The translations under genes were made by a program, and so were the position numbers. The notes below the pieces were generated by a model. It had not been told where the DNA came from and ran no database searches. It saw only the letters and a program-made list of their open reading frames with translations. From Octopus sinensis (Eukaryota), in NCBI RefSeq assembly GCF_006345805.1, contig NC_043003.1:116188001-116252000 (forward strand): 64,000 bases of DNA, in the 5' to 3' direction. Of the stretch, positions 1 to 10,314 are shown piece by piece; within the stretch, counting starts at the first letter, position 1; each line of letters starts with the position of its first letter.

Positions 1-172
1 ACATTATGTAGATGTAAGAGATACATTACATATAAAACAAGTTATATAATGACAGTCCAAGATATAAGATTTACAGAAGATACCAAGAAAGAATAGTAAC
101 GTCCAAAAGAGTCGGGTTCTTTCTGAGTTAAATCTACGTTCGTATTACCTTTGTTACTAATATGACACAGAA

Positions 173-297
173 ATGTGTGCAGTGCCCAGTAGTGCAATTT
201 TCTGTATGTTATATATATTTGTAAGTCCTGGTGTTTTTGTTATGCATTTGTCTGAATATTTTTTATCATACCTAATGCGCCTACTATGATAGGGATT
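173..297 (-). mobile_element. R4/Dong-type non-LTR retrotransposon, C-terminal REL fragment (family A)
   Basis: Near-identical to 16522-16645; translates IPIIVGALGMIKKYSDKCITKTPGLTNIYNIQKIALLGTAH; abuts (ATT)n. Confidence 0.8.
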
Positions 298-398
298 ATT
301 ATTATTACTATTATTATTCAGGTCACTGCCTGGAATCGAACTCGGAATCTTGGGGTTAGTAGCCCGCGCTCTTAACTACTACGCCATATACCCGTGGG
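298..398 (-). mobile_element. Very short tRNA-derived SINE (tRNA head plus (AAT)n tail)
   Basis: Minus strand GGGTATATGGCGTAGTAGTTAAGAGCGCGGGCTACTAACCCCAAGATTCCGAGTTCGATTCCAGGCAGTGACCTGAATAAT: A box, B box and anticodon-like stem, but no proper acceptor stem. Confidence 0.7.
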
Positions 399-632
399 TT
401 TATTCTCACGCTATTTATTTGCGTTATTTTAAGTACATATTCTTGGGTTGTTAAATATATATGTAATCTTGGAATACCAGAAAAGATCATAATTAATGTT
501 TCCTTTTTCTTGACATATTACGGAAAAGAGTGGGATTTGAAACTGATAGTTTATGGTAGAATTGTATGTTCTAGAATATAGAATTTTGATGACAGGTCAG
601 ACAGAGTGCCGGTATCTGCATAATAGTATATA

Positions 633-865
633 AGGCGGCGACCTGGCAGAAACGTTAAGCACGCCAGGCGAAATGCGTAGCCGTATTTCGTCTGCCGTTA
701 CGTTCTGAGTTCAAATTCCGTCGAGGTCGACTTTGCCTTTCATCCTTTCGGGGTCGACAAATTAAGTACCAGTTACGCACTGGTGTCGATGTAATCGACT
801 TAATCCGTTCGTCTGCCCTTGTTTGTCTTCTCTGTGTTTAGCCCCTTGTGGGCAATAAAGAAATA
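633..865 (+). mobile_element. tRNA-derived SINE family S1 (probably one of the described octopus SINEs), with 21-bp TSD
   Basis: Head GGCGGCGACCTGGCAGAAACG, core CCTTTCATCCTTTCGGGGTCGA, tail CCCCTTGTGGGCAATAAAGAAATA; TSD 611-631 / 866-886 (3 mismatches); many copies in window. Confidence 0.9.
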
Positions 866-1329
866 GGTGTCTGTATAATAGCATATTAAAATTCAGTAAC
901 AACTGCAGCGTAGAAATTTAACCGGTATGATAAAGTCAGTTTACATATACGTTTAGCTGACAAACACAGCTAACGTGTGATAGTAAATTGTAATTACACT
1001 CGAGTCAGTTGTCACTATGCATCATGCCATTGTGCATGTACCAGCTATGCTTAAACAAGTGTCAGCCGTTTACCAGTGGACATGGGATTAAAGTTTATTA
1101 TGATGGTTCACAATGAGAACAGAAGGATGATAGCTCGTTTTTCTGTTTGAGGGACAGCGTAAGCTAGTAGGGGATGTGCGGGAATAGAGATGGCAGCGAC
1201 GGTCACCAGGTCAAAGATAATCCATGTTAAATTCATGAAGTCGTTTTAGAATCCCAGGGATTCGAGATGAATTGGAACGAGGTTTACATCTGGCGTAGTA
1301 CAAGGTTTGTATGAATCCACCTAATAATG

Positions 1330-2067
1330 CCGGAGCCAGTCCTGATTTCATTAGACTTGAAGCTCCAAAATACTAGCAGGTACAATATGTGTACAAATGG
1401 TCCGAATACCATGAATCCACTTAATAATACATGAGCAGAAAGTCACCGGAGCAGAAGGTCTAATTAAGACATGATTAACGATCTAATTAAAGCTTTCTAG
1501 ATTGTCTTCCAATACCTGGGATGTTTCTTAATTTCTTCTTTCCATGTCAACTGGGTCTAAAACATGCTTCTATGTTTCATTCATCACATAGGTTGAAACA
1601 GTGTTTCTGTATGTTTCCTCTCAATTAGTGTATAGCAATTAGTAGAAAATGCTTCTTAAATTAGAAATCCATACCTAAAATGGTTCTTAAGTGATATGAA
1701 TAGATTCAGTTGAGTTTAGTGAACAATTTCTGCGAAGAAATTGTCGCTGGAGAAGAAAGTTTAAATAATTCCTAATTAAGTGTCTAATTAAAACTTCCTA
1801 ATTTGTTTTTCCATACCCGGTTTGTTTTTCTTAAGTTTTCATGTAAGTATCACTTGTGTCTGAGGATTAATATTCAATGTGATTCATTGGAGCTTAAAGT
1901 CGAACTAAATTAGTTATTTACGCAAGTTGATTATCTCATAATTAATTAATCCATACCTAAGCATAGTCAAGAATCACGTTTCATGGTATTAGGACCATTT
2001 GTACACATATTGTGCCTTACCAGTATTTTGGAGCTTCAAGTCTAATCAAATCAGGACTGGCTCTCGG
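1330..2067. repeat. Inverted repeat: about 87-bp arms around a spacer of about 565 bp (MITE-like or foldback)
   Basis: 1330-1415 is the reverse complement of 1980-2067 with few mismatches. Confidence 0.75.
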
Positions 2068-2728
2068 TCTATAATAAGAATATGGCCGTGATGCCCGTGG
2101 CTTGGTGCGATCTATTAGTGCGAGACGGGATCCAGCATTCGAGAGGCGGAGTCTGACCATTCAGCAGAAAATAGGAATTTTGCACTCCCAAAATATTTGC
2201 TTGTTCAGTTTCTTTTCTATTTAAAACCACTTGCCCACTTCGCTGTGAAGAGGAATTGAACGTAGAGTTACCAAGATACGGGGGAAATAGTTGCAATCCA
2301 TGTGTATGCCTGATTCCAATTCTTGTTCGTATGATTTCCCAATACGCACAGACACAATGTTACGAGTGAATTCGTCTAATATGAATTCCTTTTTTGAGCT
2401 TTGTTAAATAATCGGAATCGTACTCATAGTTTAATAACACATGATATTCATAGGGATAAAATGAAGATCTTTATGCTCGTTCCTATGGCATAGAATATAC
2501 AATGAAATACATCCACATAAACAAGCAAAATCGAAACTTTCACGCATAAATTTATAGTCTTTTCTATCTATTTACGCACATATCCAAATCAAAACGTGCT
2601 TGCGCAAATATATGCATTTTGCTACGGATAGAGGACCATACAATGTATACAACCATACGTGCATATATGAACATAATAAAGGCACACACAAACACACGTG
2701 CGTTTATATATATATATATATATATATA

Positions 2729-3057
2729 AACAATTGCAGCGTGGAAGGTGTTTATAAGCCATTTAAGAAACACACCAAAGCCGTTCGATTCACTTCAACA
2801 TTTAAGTTTAATTTGTCAAAAGATTTTCGTCGCTAAAATCCGCGACCTGTTCACTGACAAAAATCCGTGCTGCATCTCAATGAACAGGTCGCAGATTTTA
2901 GCGACGAAAATATTTTGACAAATTAAACTTAAATGTTGAAGTGAATCGAACGGCTTTTGTGTATTTCTTAAATGGCTTATAAACACCTTCCACGCTGCAA
3001 TTGTTTTCGTTTCAGCACACGATCTCAGATCAAATTACTTGCTATGCGAGTACATCT

Positions 3058-3059
<2 letters not shown>
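2729..3059. mobile_element. Head-to-head inverted duplication of a 210-bp (TA)n-embedded element (family H-GC)
   Basis: 2729-2853 is the reverse complement of 2881-3005; single monomer copy at 43382-43588; (TA)n on both sides. Confidence 0.85.
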
Positions 3060-3156
<97 letters not shown>

Positions 3157-3375
3157 ATATATATATATACATATATACAGAGAGATCGAGAGTAACAGAG
3201 AGCTACATAAGTCTTACGTATACGTAATTGTGTAGATGTGTGTATTTTTGTGCGTGCATGCGTATGTGTATGAGTGTATACATATACCTACGCTTATAAT
3301 TTTATTTTGAAATATGTGTATGTACATGTATTTAGAATTAGGCCCCAGCATGGTCGCAGCTTCAATATACATATA

Positions 3376-3444
<69 letters not shown>

Positions 3445-3459
3445 TATATACATATATAA

Positions 3460-3530
<71 letters not shown>

Positions 3531-3736
3531 CATATATACAGAGAGATCGAGAGTAACAGAGAGCTACATAAGTCTTACGTATACGTAATTGTGTAGATGT
3601 GTGTATTTTTGTGCGTGCATGCGTATGTGTATGAGTGTATACATATACCTACGCTTATAATTTTATTTTGAAATATGTGTATGTACATGTATTTAGAATT
3701 AGGCCCCAGCATGGTCGCAGCTTCAATATACATATA

Positions 3737-3801
<65 letters not shown>

Positions 3802-3819
3802 ATATATATACATATATAA

Positions 3820-3894
<75 letters not shown>

Positions 3895-3900
3895 TGTATG
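3060..3900. repeat. (TA)n-rich tract with an exact 361-bp-period duplication
   Basis: Unique segment 3177-3376 repeated identically at 3538-3737. Confidence 0.9.
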
Positions 3901-4136
3901 TGTGTATGTATATGCACACTCAGACACATGTTCACTCATGCTCGTATATATACGTGCGTGTATGTGTATGCGTATATGCGAGTTTGTGTCTTGTATACAT
4001 ATGCTATGCATTTGTGTATAGGTGTTAGCACACATATTTAAATATAATATATATGCGCGTATATATAACGTACGTGTAAGATACAAAAGTTTCAGAATGT
4101 ACTTATGTATGTGTGAAAGCATGTATACATGTGTGA

Positions 4137-4171
<35 letters not shown>

Positions 4172-4229
4172 ATTTTTATGTATGCGTGTGGGACTGTATA
4201 TACTTACATACATATATGTATACATATAT

Positions 4230-4760
4230 TAAAAGTTACATTCCCGAAATCCTGGTTATTGAATAATACACTTGACCTCACGAGAGATTTCTCTCGTGAA
4301 TTAGCCTTAAGGAGATTAGGTATTCGTTCTCTAACTTCGGCAAAATTCGTAACCACATCAGGTGGGTTTGGGAATATTACGTTAGCTAGATAAATAACCT
4401 CAGCCGTTTCTGTTGAAAACGTGCCAAAGAAAAGTCTGCACATATCTGGTCATAGCGAAATCTCAGCAATGAAATTTAGTTTGTCAGAATAAAGAAATAC
4501 TATCGCCCACCTCCCACGATACTTACGCTTGAAGTTGGGATAATTAGATCAAACATTCAAGTATGAAATGTTTTAAGGTGGAATGTTATTTGGCTAAAAG
4601 TGGAGACATAATTGAAAGTTGTGTTAAGTCTGCAATAATTGAATTCATTCGTGTTTGACTTTTGATGTACTTGGTGAAAATACTTCGTTTTCTTGTGATT
4701 TTTTCCCTTACCAATACATTTATGAAACTCATAGCAGTGGATGGCACAACCGTTAGAGTG
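4230..4760 (-). mobile_element. Decayed L1/Tx1-like AP-endonuclease remnant
   Basis: Minus frames give SFINV..KRSIFTKYIKSQ and RGRWAIVFLYSDKLNF..EVIYLANVIFPN, resembling L1 EN segments (TLNVNGL..WIKSQ; GVAILVSDKIDF..ELTILNIYAPN); stops and a frameshift present. Confidence 0.45.
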
Positions 4761-5806
4761 CCAAACAAAATAACCTGGACTATATATTGACGCCAATTTT
4801 AACTCCTCTGCTCCAACATCAATAGAATAAAAAATTTCTATCACCTAGATGATATAAATATATAGAGGTCAATTCTACCTAATTTTTTTCAGTGAAGCTG
4901 ATTCGCCGCAAATTAAAGCAATGCAGATTTTGAAACGATATCCAAAGTGACACAAAAACATAAAAATCAAATAGCGATGTTTAATGCTTAACATATGTTT
5001 CCACCCTTTTACATAATGCATTTCTGCATAACTGATTCAAAATTCGAGGCGTTAATATACAGAGGTAAGGTTTCCCCTGAATATGCATACCTACTTTTAA
5101 AGTGTAATTTGTAGACTAACAGGAAAATTATTCCAGCTTCCTCTAAATTGGTGTAAATGCTACTTTTGAAGACCGCCGAATTATATACACTTCGGTAATA
5201 AACATTTCATTTGTTCCATATATTCCTTCAAGTTCCAGCCGATTTCTACTTGGTTGTCATTCTTGCTGAGTCGAAAGCATAACATAGGAAACAGGGGAAG
5301 CCTAAAAGAAACTATTTGGTTTTGATCTATTTCCAACATGGAGGAGGATATTTGTTTTGTTTTCTCGTAATGGATAAGGAGAAGGACCAGCCCTCAAGGC
5401 TATGTACGTCCTCAATCCGCTGAGATTAACAGCATTTTATTTCTTCGGTAACTTTTGCAAGTCAACCCCGGCAGCAAAGTTGTATGCTGACCGGGTATTC
5501 CAGACGACCGAGATTCGATGATAGACGTAGTAAAAAAAGCAGAATTTGGGATGCTGGAAACGGCAAAATTGGTGTGAGGAAGAAATATAGGTTGAACGAT
5601 AATGCATGAGTTAAGATGACAAGAGTTTAGAAGGCAAGTAGTTCAGAGAAGCAAAGACCGTAATATGAACAGCAGTAAAGCCAGAGTTAGTTTACAGTAC
5701 GGCTGGAGGCTAGAGGCTGGAGTGATACGTCAAGGAGTATCATTATGCCAAACAGCATTCTGGATACGGTCTAAGATGTTTATACTGAAGCAACAAAACT
5801 GTCCCT

Positions 5807-7373
5807 CAGTCATGGCCAACAATTTTGGCAAAAACCTTTTCTGTTACTTCGTGTGAAATATCATGTGAATGTTAATGATTTAATATTTTTTAACATGTTA
5901 TCTGTTATCTAATAAGATATGAATGAAAAACTGTTGAAAACGAATCGATATTGCAAATAATCATCAGTTTGCGGAATTGGTAATATTTCCTACGAGTGGA
6001 AATCGCATTCCTTTTCATGATTTCAAATTGGAATCACATGCAATCTAATAAGTTATAACCAGAACAGTAAGTAAAGTTATGTAAGATGACATGAGACATT
6101 TTATGATTGATTTTTAATTGCTGAAAGCTCTTTTCTCTCACAGAACCTTCAAATTTATTTTCTTTTATTGCAGGGATAATATTGACACAAGAAAAACGAC
6201 AGTCAATAATTCCTTTCTACCAAAATGGACTCGCAACACAGGATATTGTTGCTAAAGGCATTGCACGGGATTGAACTGTGTACAGAATTATAAAACTTTC
6301 AAAGTGATGGGATGCATGATTGCGAAGAATGCCCCTGGTCGTCAACGTCTGTTCTCTAACCGCCAGGGGAGGGCTTTGGTGAGAAATTCATAGACGAACC
6401 GAAGTGCTGGCAGCAAACAGCTTGTTAACGAGCAGGAATCAGCCAGTGTCAGCGTTTCAGCTCGGACTGTTCGACGATGTCTTTTTGATAATGGTCTCGC
6501 TTCACGGAGAGCTGCAAAGAAACCTTTTTTGGGCCAAGAATAACGTGAAGGGGGGGCTTGCCTTTTTGCAGAAAATATAAATATTGGGTCTAGTGAACAA
6601 TGGGACAAAGTGAGTATTTTTTTTGTTTTTTGATGAAGCCTCATTTCAATTGTTTGGGACAACTGGAAAAAAGGCGATAAGGTGAACGCTATAATGAGGC
6701 TTGTATCTTTCCCACGGTCAAACATCCAGAAACCATTCCAGTGTCGTGTTGCTTTTCATTCAAGAGCGTTGAATCACTGTCAGTTTTACGGAAAAAACTA
6801 TTCTATGAAATCCACATGATACCTAAATATCCTTGAAAACCATCCCTTTCCAACCATTGGGAGGCCGATTGGCGAAGAAACTTGCATTTTCAAACAAGCT
6901 GGAGCACCTTGCTACACTGCTAAACAGATAAAAGAAATATCCTGGAGATAATGGTATTGAAATTTGTGAGTTTTGGCCGGGAAATTCTCCCGATTTAAAT
7001 CCTATTGAAAATTTGAGGTCCATCCTTAAAATCTGAGTTGACTGAGAAAAGCCAACAAATATTGAACGATTGAAAGCTCTCCTACAGCAAAAATGGACGA
7101 CTGTAAATATACACCTGACTCAATAATTGGTTTCCAGCATGCTTAAACGAATCAGGAACGTCTTGAAAAATAGGTGTCGCCACTGCAAAAACTGAGTGGA
7201 AGCTGAATAACTGTGTATCACATTTCATTATTGTTCATATGGTTCAAATGTGCCATTATCTTTCGTTATTATGCTCGTACGCGCTCAAACAAATCAACAT
7301 TTCGTCTTAGATAGGAATTTTTATATAATTTCAGTGCACAATAACGATTCGCCAGAATCATTGGCCACGACTG
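5807..7373 (+). mobile_element. Near full-length decayed Tc1-family DNA transposon
   Basis: TIRs CAGTCATGGCCAACAATTTTGGCAAA (5807) and CAGTCGTGGCCAATGATTCTGGCGAA (reverse complement, ends 7373, followed by TA); motifs SARTVRRCL..RAAKKPFL, FFDEASF, WPGNSPDLNPIENL; frameshifts and stops. Confidence 0.9.
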
Positions 7374-7575
7374 TAGATAAACTCAAAAGTATAATGTTTG
7401 GGATAATAAAAAAAAAAAGTACGCTGGTATGTGTCATCACTTACCGGACGAATAACGATTCTATGCCTCCACAACAAGAATGTAAATGCAGGCAGGTATT
7501 TGTGAGTAACAGAAGGAAACTTCTCTGCATTCAGATCTGAAATCTAAGATATTCTCGACCATGATGAAGGAGGCT

Positions 7576-7980
7576 CGGATCTTTTCGGTTTGAACGGCAG
7601 TTTTTAACATAATTTCTAGGTAACTAAAAAATTTTAACTTCGTATACTGGTAGAATGTGTTTATAAAACATGTTTTTCTCTTGGCTTTATTGAGAAAATT
7701 ATATAGTTTGTAAGTTATTTGTTTTTATTTTTCTTCAATTTCAGCAATTTCAACCAATCAGTGACGTCTATTGAGTTAAAAATCATTCTGTGCCGTATGA
7801 ATATGTCCCTCGTTTAAGAAACAGATTGACTTTATTTACATTTGTGAAGAAAAAAAATATACCCTTCTCCCACTCCTAGCCCTAACAGTAACCCTAATCT
7901 TAAAACAGATTGAAATGCAATAGATCGATTCTAGGGTCATAATTATGGGTGATAATTTCATATGACACCGCTAGAAAAAC
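7576..7980. mobile_element. Non-autonomous DNA-transposon-like repeat (begins CGGATCTTTTCGGTTTGAACGGCAG)
   Basis: Second copy at 36264-36566 similar over about 300 bp; non-coding. Confidence 0.7.
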
Positions 7981-8310
7981 TATCTTAACTGCATCCATAC
8001 GACTGCATCTTGTAATGAACTAAATCTAAAAACATTATCATTGATTACCGAGTATCCAGAAACAGGTGTTAGGCTTATAACAACTTACTTCAACCCTTTT
8101 CATTTTCTCTGTCGTTTGTACTCTGTGAAAATTGGACCTATTCATATAAGTATTTATATATTAATACTTAAATATTCATCGTCTGAAAGACTCCACATTT
8201 TACTGTCTCTCGTTTTGTCTGTAGAGATATACACACATTTTGCATTTGATGTATTTGGTATTTGATGTATCTAATTTCTTTATCCGCATAATTGCTTGTA
8301 TATATATATA

Positions 8311-8542
8311 TATTTCTTTATTGCCTACAAGGGGCTAAACATAGAGGGGACAAACAAGGACAGACAAACGGATTAAGTCGATTACATCTACCCCAGTGCG
8401 TAACTGGTAATTTATTTATCGACCCCGAAACGATGAAAAGCAAAGTCGACTTCGGCGGAATCTGAGCTCAGAACGTAACGGCAGACGAAATACCGGTAGG
8501 CATTTCGCCCGGCGCGCTAACGTTTCTGCCACCTCGCTACCT
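8311..8542 (-). mobile_element. SINE S1 copy in (TA)n
   Basis: Reverse complement of the S1 consensus, flanked by TA repeats. Confidence 0.9.
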
Positions 8543-8543
8543 C

Positions 8544-8555
<12 letters not shown>

Positions 8556-8609
<54 letters not shown>

Positions 8610-8670
8610 TGTGTGTGTGTGTCTGTGTGTGTGTGTGTGTGTGTATGTTTGTATGTATGTATGTATGTAT
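8556..8670. repeat. (TG)n/(TATG)n microsatellite
   Basis: Direct reading. Confidence 0.95.
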
Positions 8671-8749
8671 ATAAGACTATAGGTGTTTCAAAATGTGTAA
8701 CTATCTTCAAATAGTTATCCTGCAATACTCCCAGATCGAGTCACAAATA

Positions 8750-9270
8750 ACGCCGAGTCAATCACCCCCTTCCAGACGCCCTTCCAACATTCGCTGCTTC
8801 TCAAATCTCTCCAAATCTTCTTATTTACCATCCACGTAATTGGTTTTCTTCTTCCTGCTTTCCTAATAATTTTACTTTTTTTATTAACAATCACTCTAAC
8901 CTCATTTTCTTTCTAATCAGTTATTGAAAATATTTAATTATCTCTCTTTCATGTTGTCTAATAAATTGTCTCTTATATTGCCAATATTAAGATTTCATTA
9001 TCTCTTACTCTTCTTTTTTCTTTTCTTTCTTTTTTCCTTACCGTCTCTGTTATCCTCACAAGTCTTCTAATCTCTTTGAAAATGCCCCAATCTCAGCTCC
9101 ATGAAGCAGAATCGAATATACGTACAATTTTAATAATCATTTAGTATTTCATATGAATACTTCCTAATGATATGTCAAACAAATTTCAAATCACTTTCTA
9201 ATTATTTCTTTTTCCCTTTGACTTCTACGTCACACAACTCGGTTCCTCTTCAATTGTCTTTAATGAAATT
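8750..9270 (-). mobile_element. Old RTE-like LINE 3' remnant
   Basis: Minus frame KLYVYSILLHGAEIGAFSKEIRRL resembles the RTE 'ILLYGSEAWT' region; heavily decayed. Confidence 0.4.
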
Positions 9271-9394
9271 GTAAATTTATAGTGTCACTCCTGTTTTTCT
9301 TTCTCTTTCGTTTGATTAATAGTATTGATTTTCATTTCTTTACGTATATCTCTTTCCTCCATCACATTCAGTTTTTATTTACTATGATTACAAA

Positions 9395-9766
9395 TTTCCT
9401 CAAGACAGTATCTCCTGCACATCAGCCATCTAACTCCCCAGACTGCCACCCGTTTGATGATTATGTGTGGGGCACAGTTGAGCAAGAGACCAACAAAACT
9501 CCTTGTAACACCAAAGATGAACTCCAGGCACGGATTATGGCAGCATTCACCACCTTAAACAAAGTGACCATTCAGAAGAGTTGAAGGAGATTCTGAAGTC
9601 GTCTAGAGGATGCGGTTGACGCCAATGGCGATTTTACTAAATAATGCTACTCCTTATTTCAAGAAATATTCTTTATGTAATTTTGGTAAATATATCTGTT
9701 AAAATGAGACGTTAGTGTTATTTTCATTTTTGCGTAATTTGGATGACAGTTTATACACCGCACCCT
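9395..9766 (+). mobile_element. Tc1/mariner-superfamily transposase C-terminus with right end
   Basis: PSNSPDCHPFDDYVWGTVEQETNKTPCNTKDELQARIMAAF..SRLEDAVDANGDF; ends ..CACCGCACCCTG before (TG)n. Confidence 0.8.
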
Positions 9767-9827
9767 GTGTGTGTGTGTGGTGTGTGTGTGTGTGTGTATA
9801 CATATATACATATATATATACTTACAC

Positions 9828-10210
9828 ATATATATATATAGATAAATATAGGGAGAGAATTCACAAAAAAAAAGACGAAGGCAGGTGGTGTAGACAACAA
9901 CCATTTAATGCTTGGGAAGTGAAAATTCTTTAACGTTTCGAGCCTAGGCTCTTCCACAGAAAGGAACACAGAAAGAAACAAGGAGAGAAAATAAATGTGC
10001 AGTGGCTAGCGATCTATCATGGCGAACCTTGTGGGGTATATTTGCCAACATGTTGAGCGGTAAATGTGTAATTTCACATACATTGAAAACATGTGGTTGG
10101 TTGAACAGAAATTGAATGAGAAAAGCAGGATAACATAAAAGATATGAACAATATATAAATGCATGATAACAACAGGAGTTGTGAGGACCATCACACATAT
10201 TCAATGAAAA
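9828..10210 (-). mobile_element. Penelope-like terminal fragment with hammerhead-like motif (family H-A6U)
   Basis: Shares TACACCACCTG..TTCGTC..CTCTCCCTAT end with 46397-46608; hammerhead fold at 9928-9963; ends in (TA)n. Confidence 0.65.
9928..9963 (-). ncRNA. Minimal type I hammerhead-like motif, CUGUGGA core
   Basis: CUUU-CUGUGGA-A-GAGC(CUAG)GCUC-GAAAC-GUU-AAAG. Confidence 0.55.
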
Positions 10211-10228
10211 AAAAAATATATATATATG

Positions 10229-10264
<36 letters not shown>

Positions 10265-10274
10265 CATATATGTG

Positions 10275-10309
<35 letters not shown>

Positions 10310-10314
<5 letters not shown>

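Noticed and set aside
318-393. Functional tRNA gene
   Set aside because: No convincing acceptor stem, and it runs straight into an (AAT)n tail; treated as a SINE.
7878-7900. Telomere-like CCCTAA units
   Set aside because: Only a few degenerate units inside an interspersed repeat.
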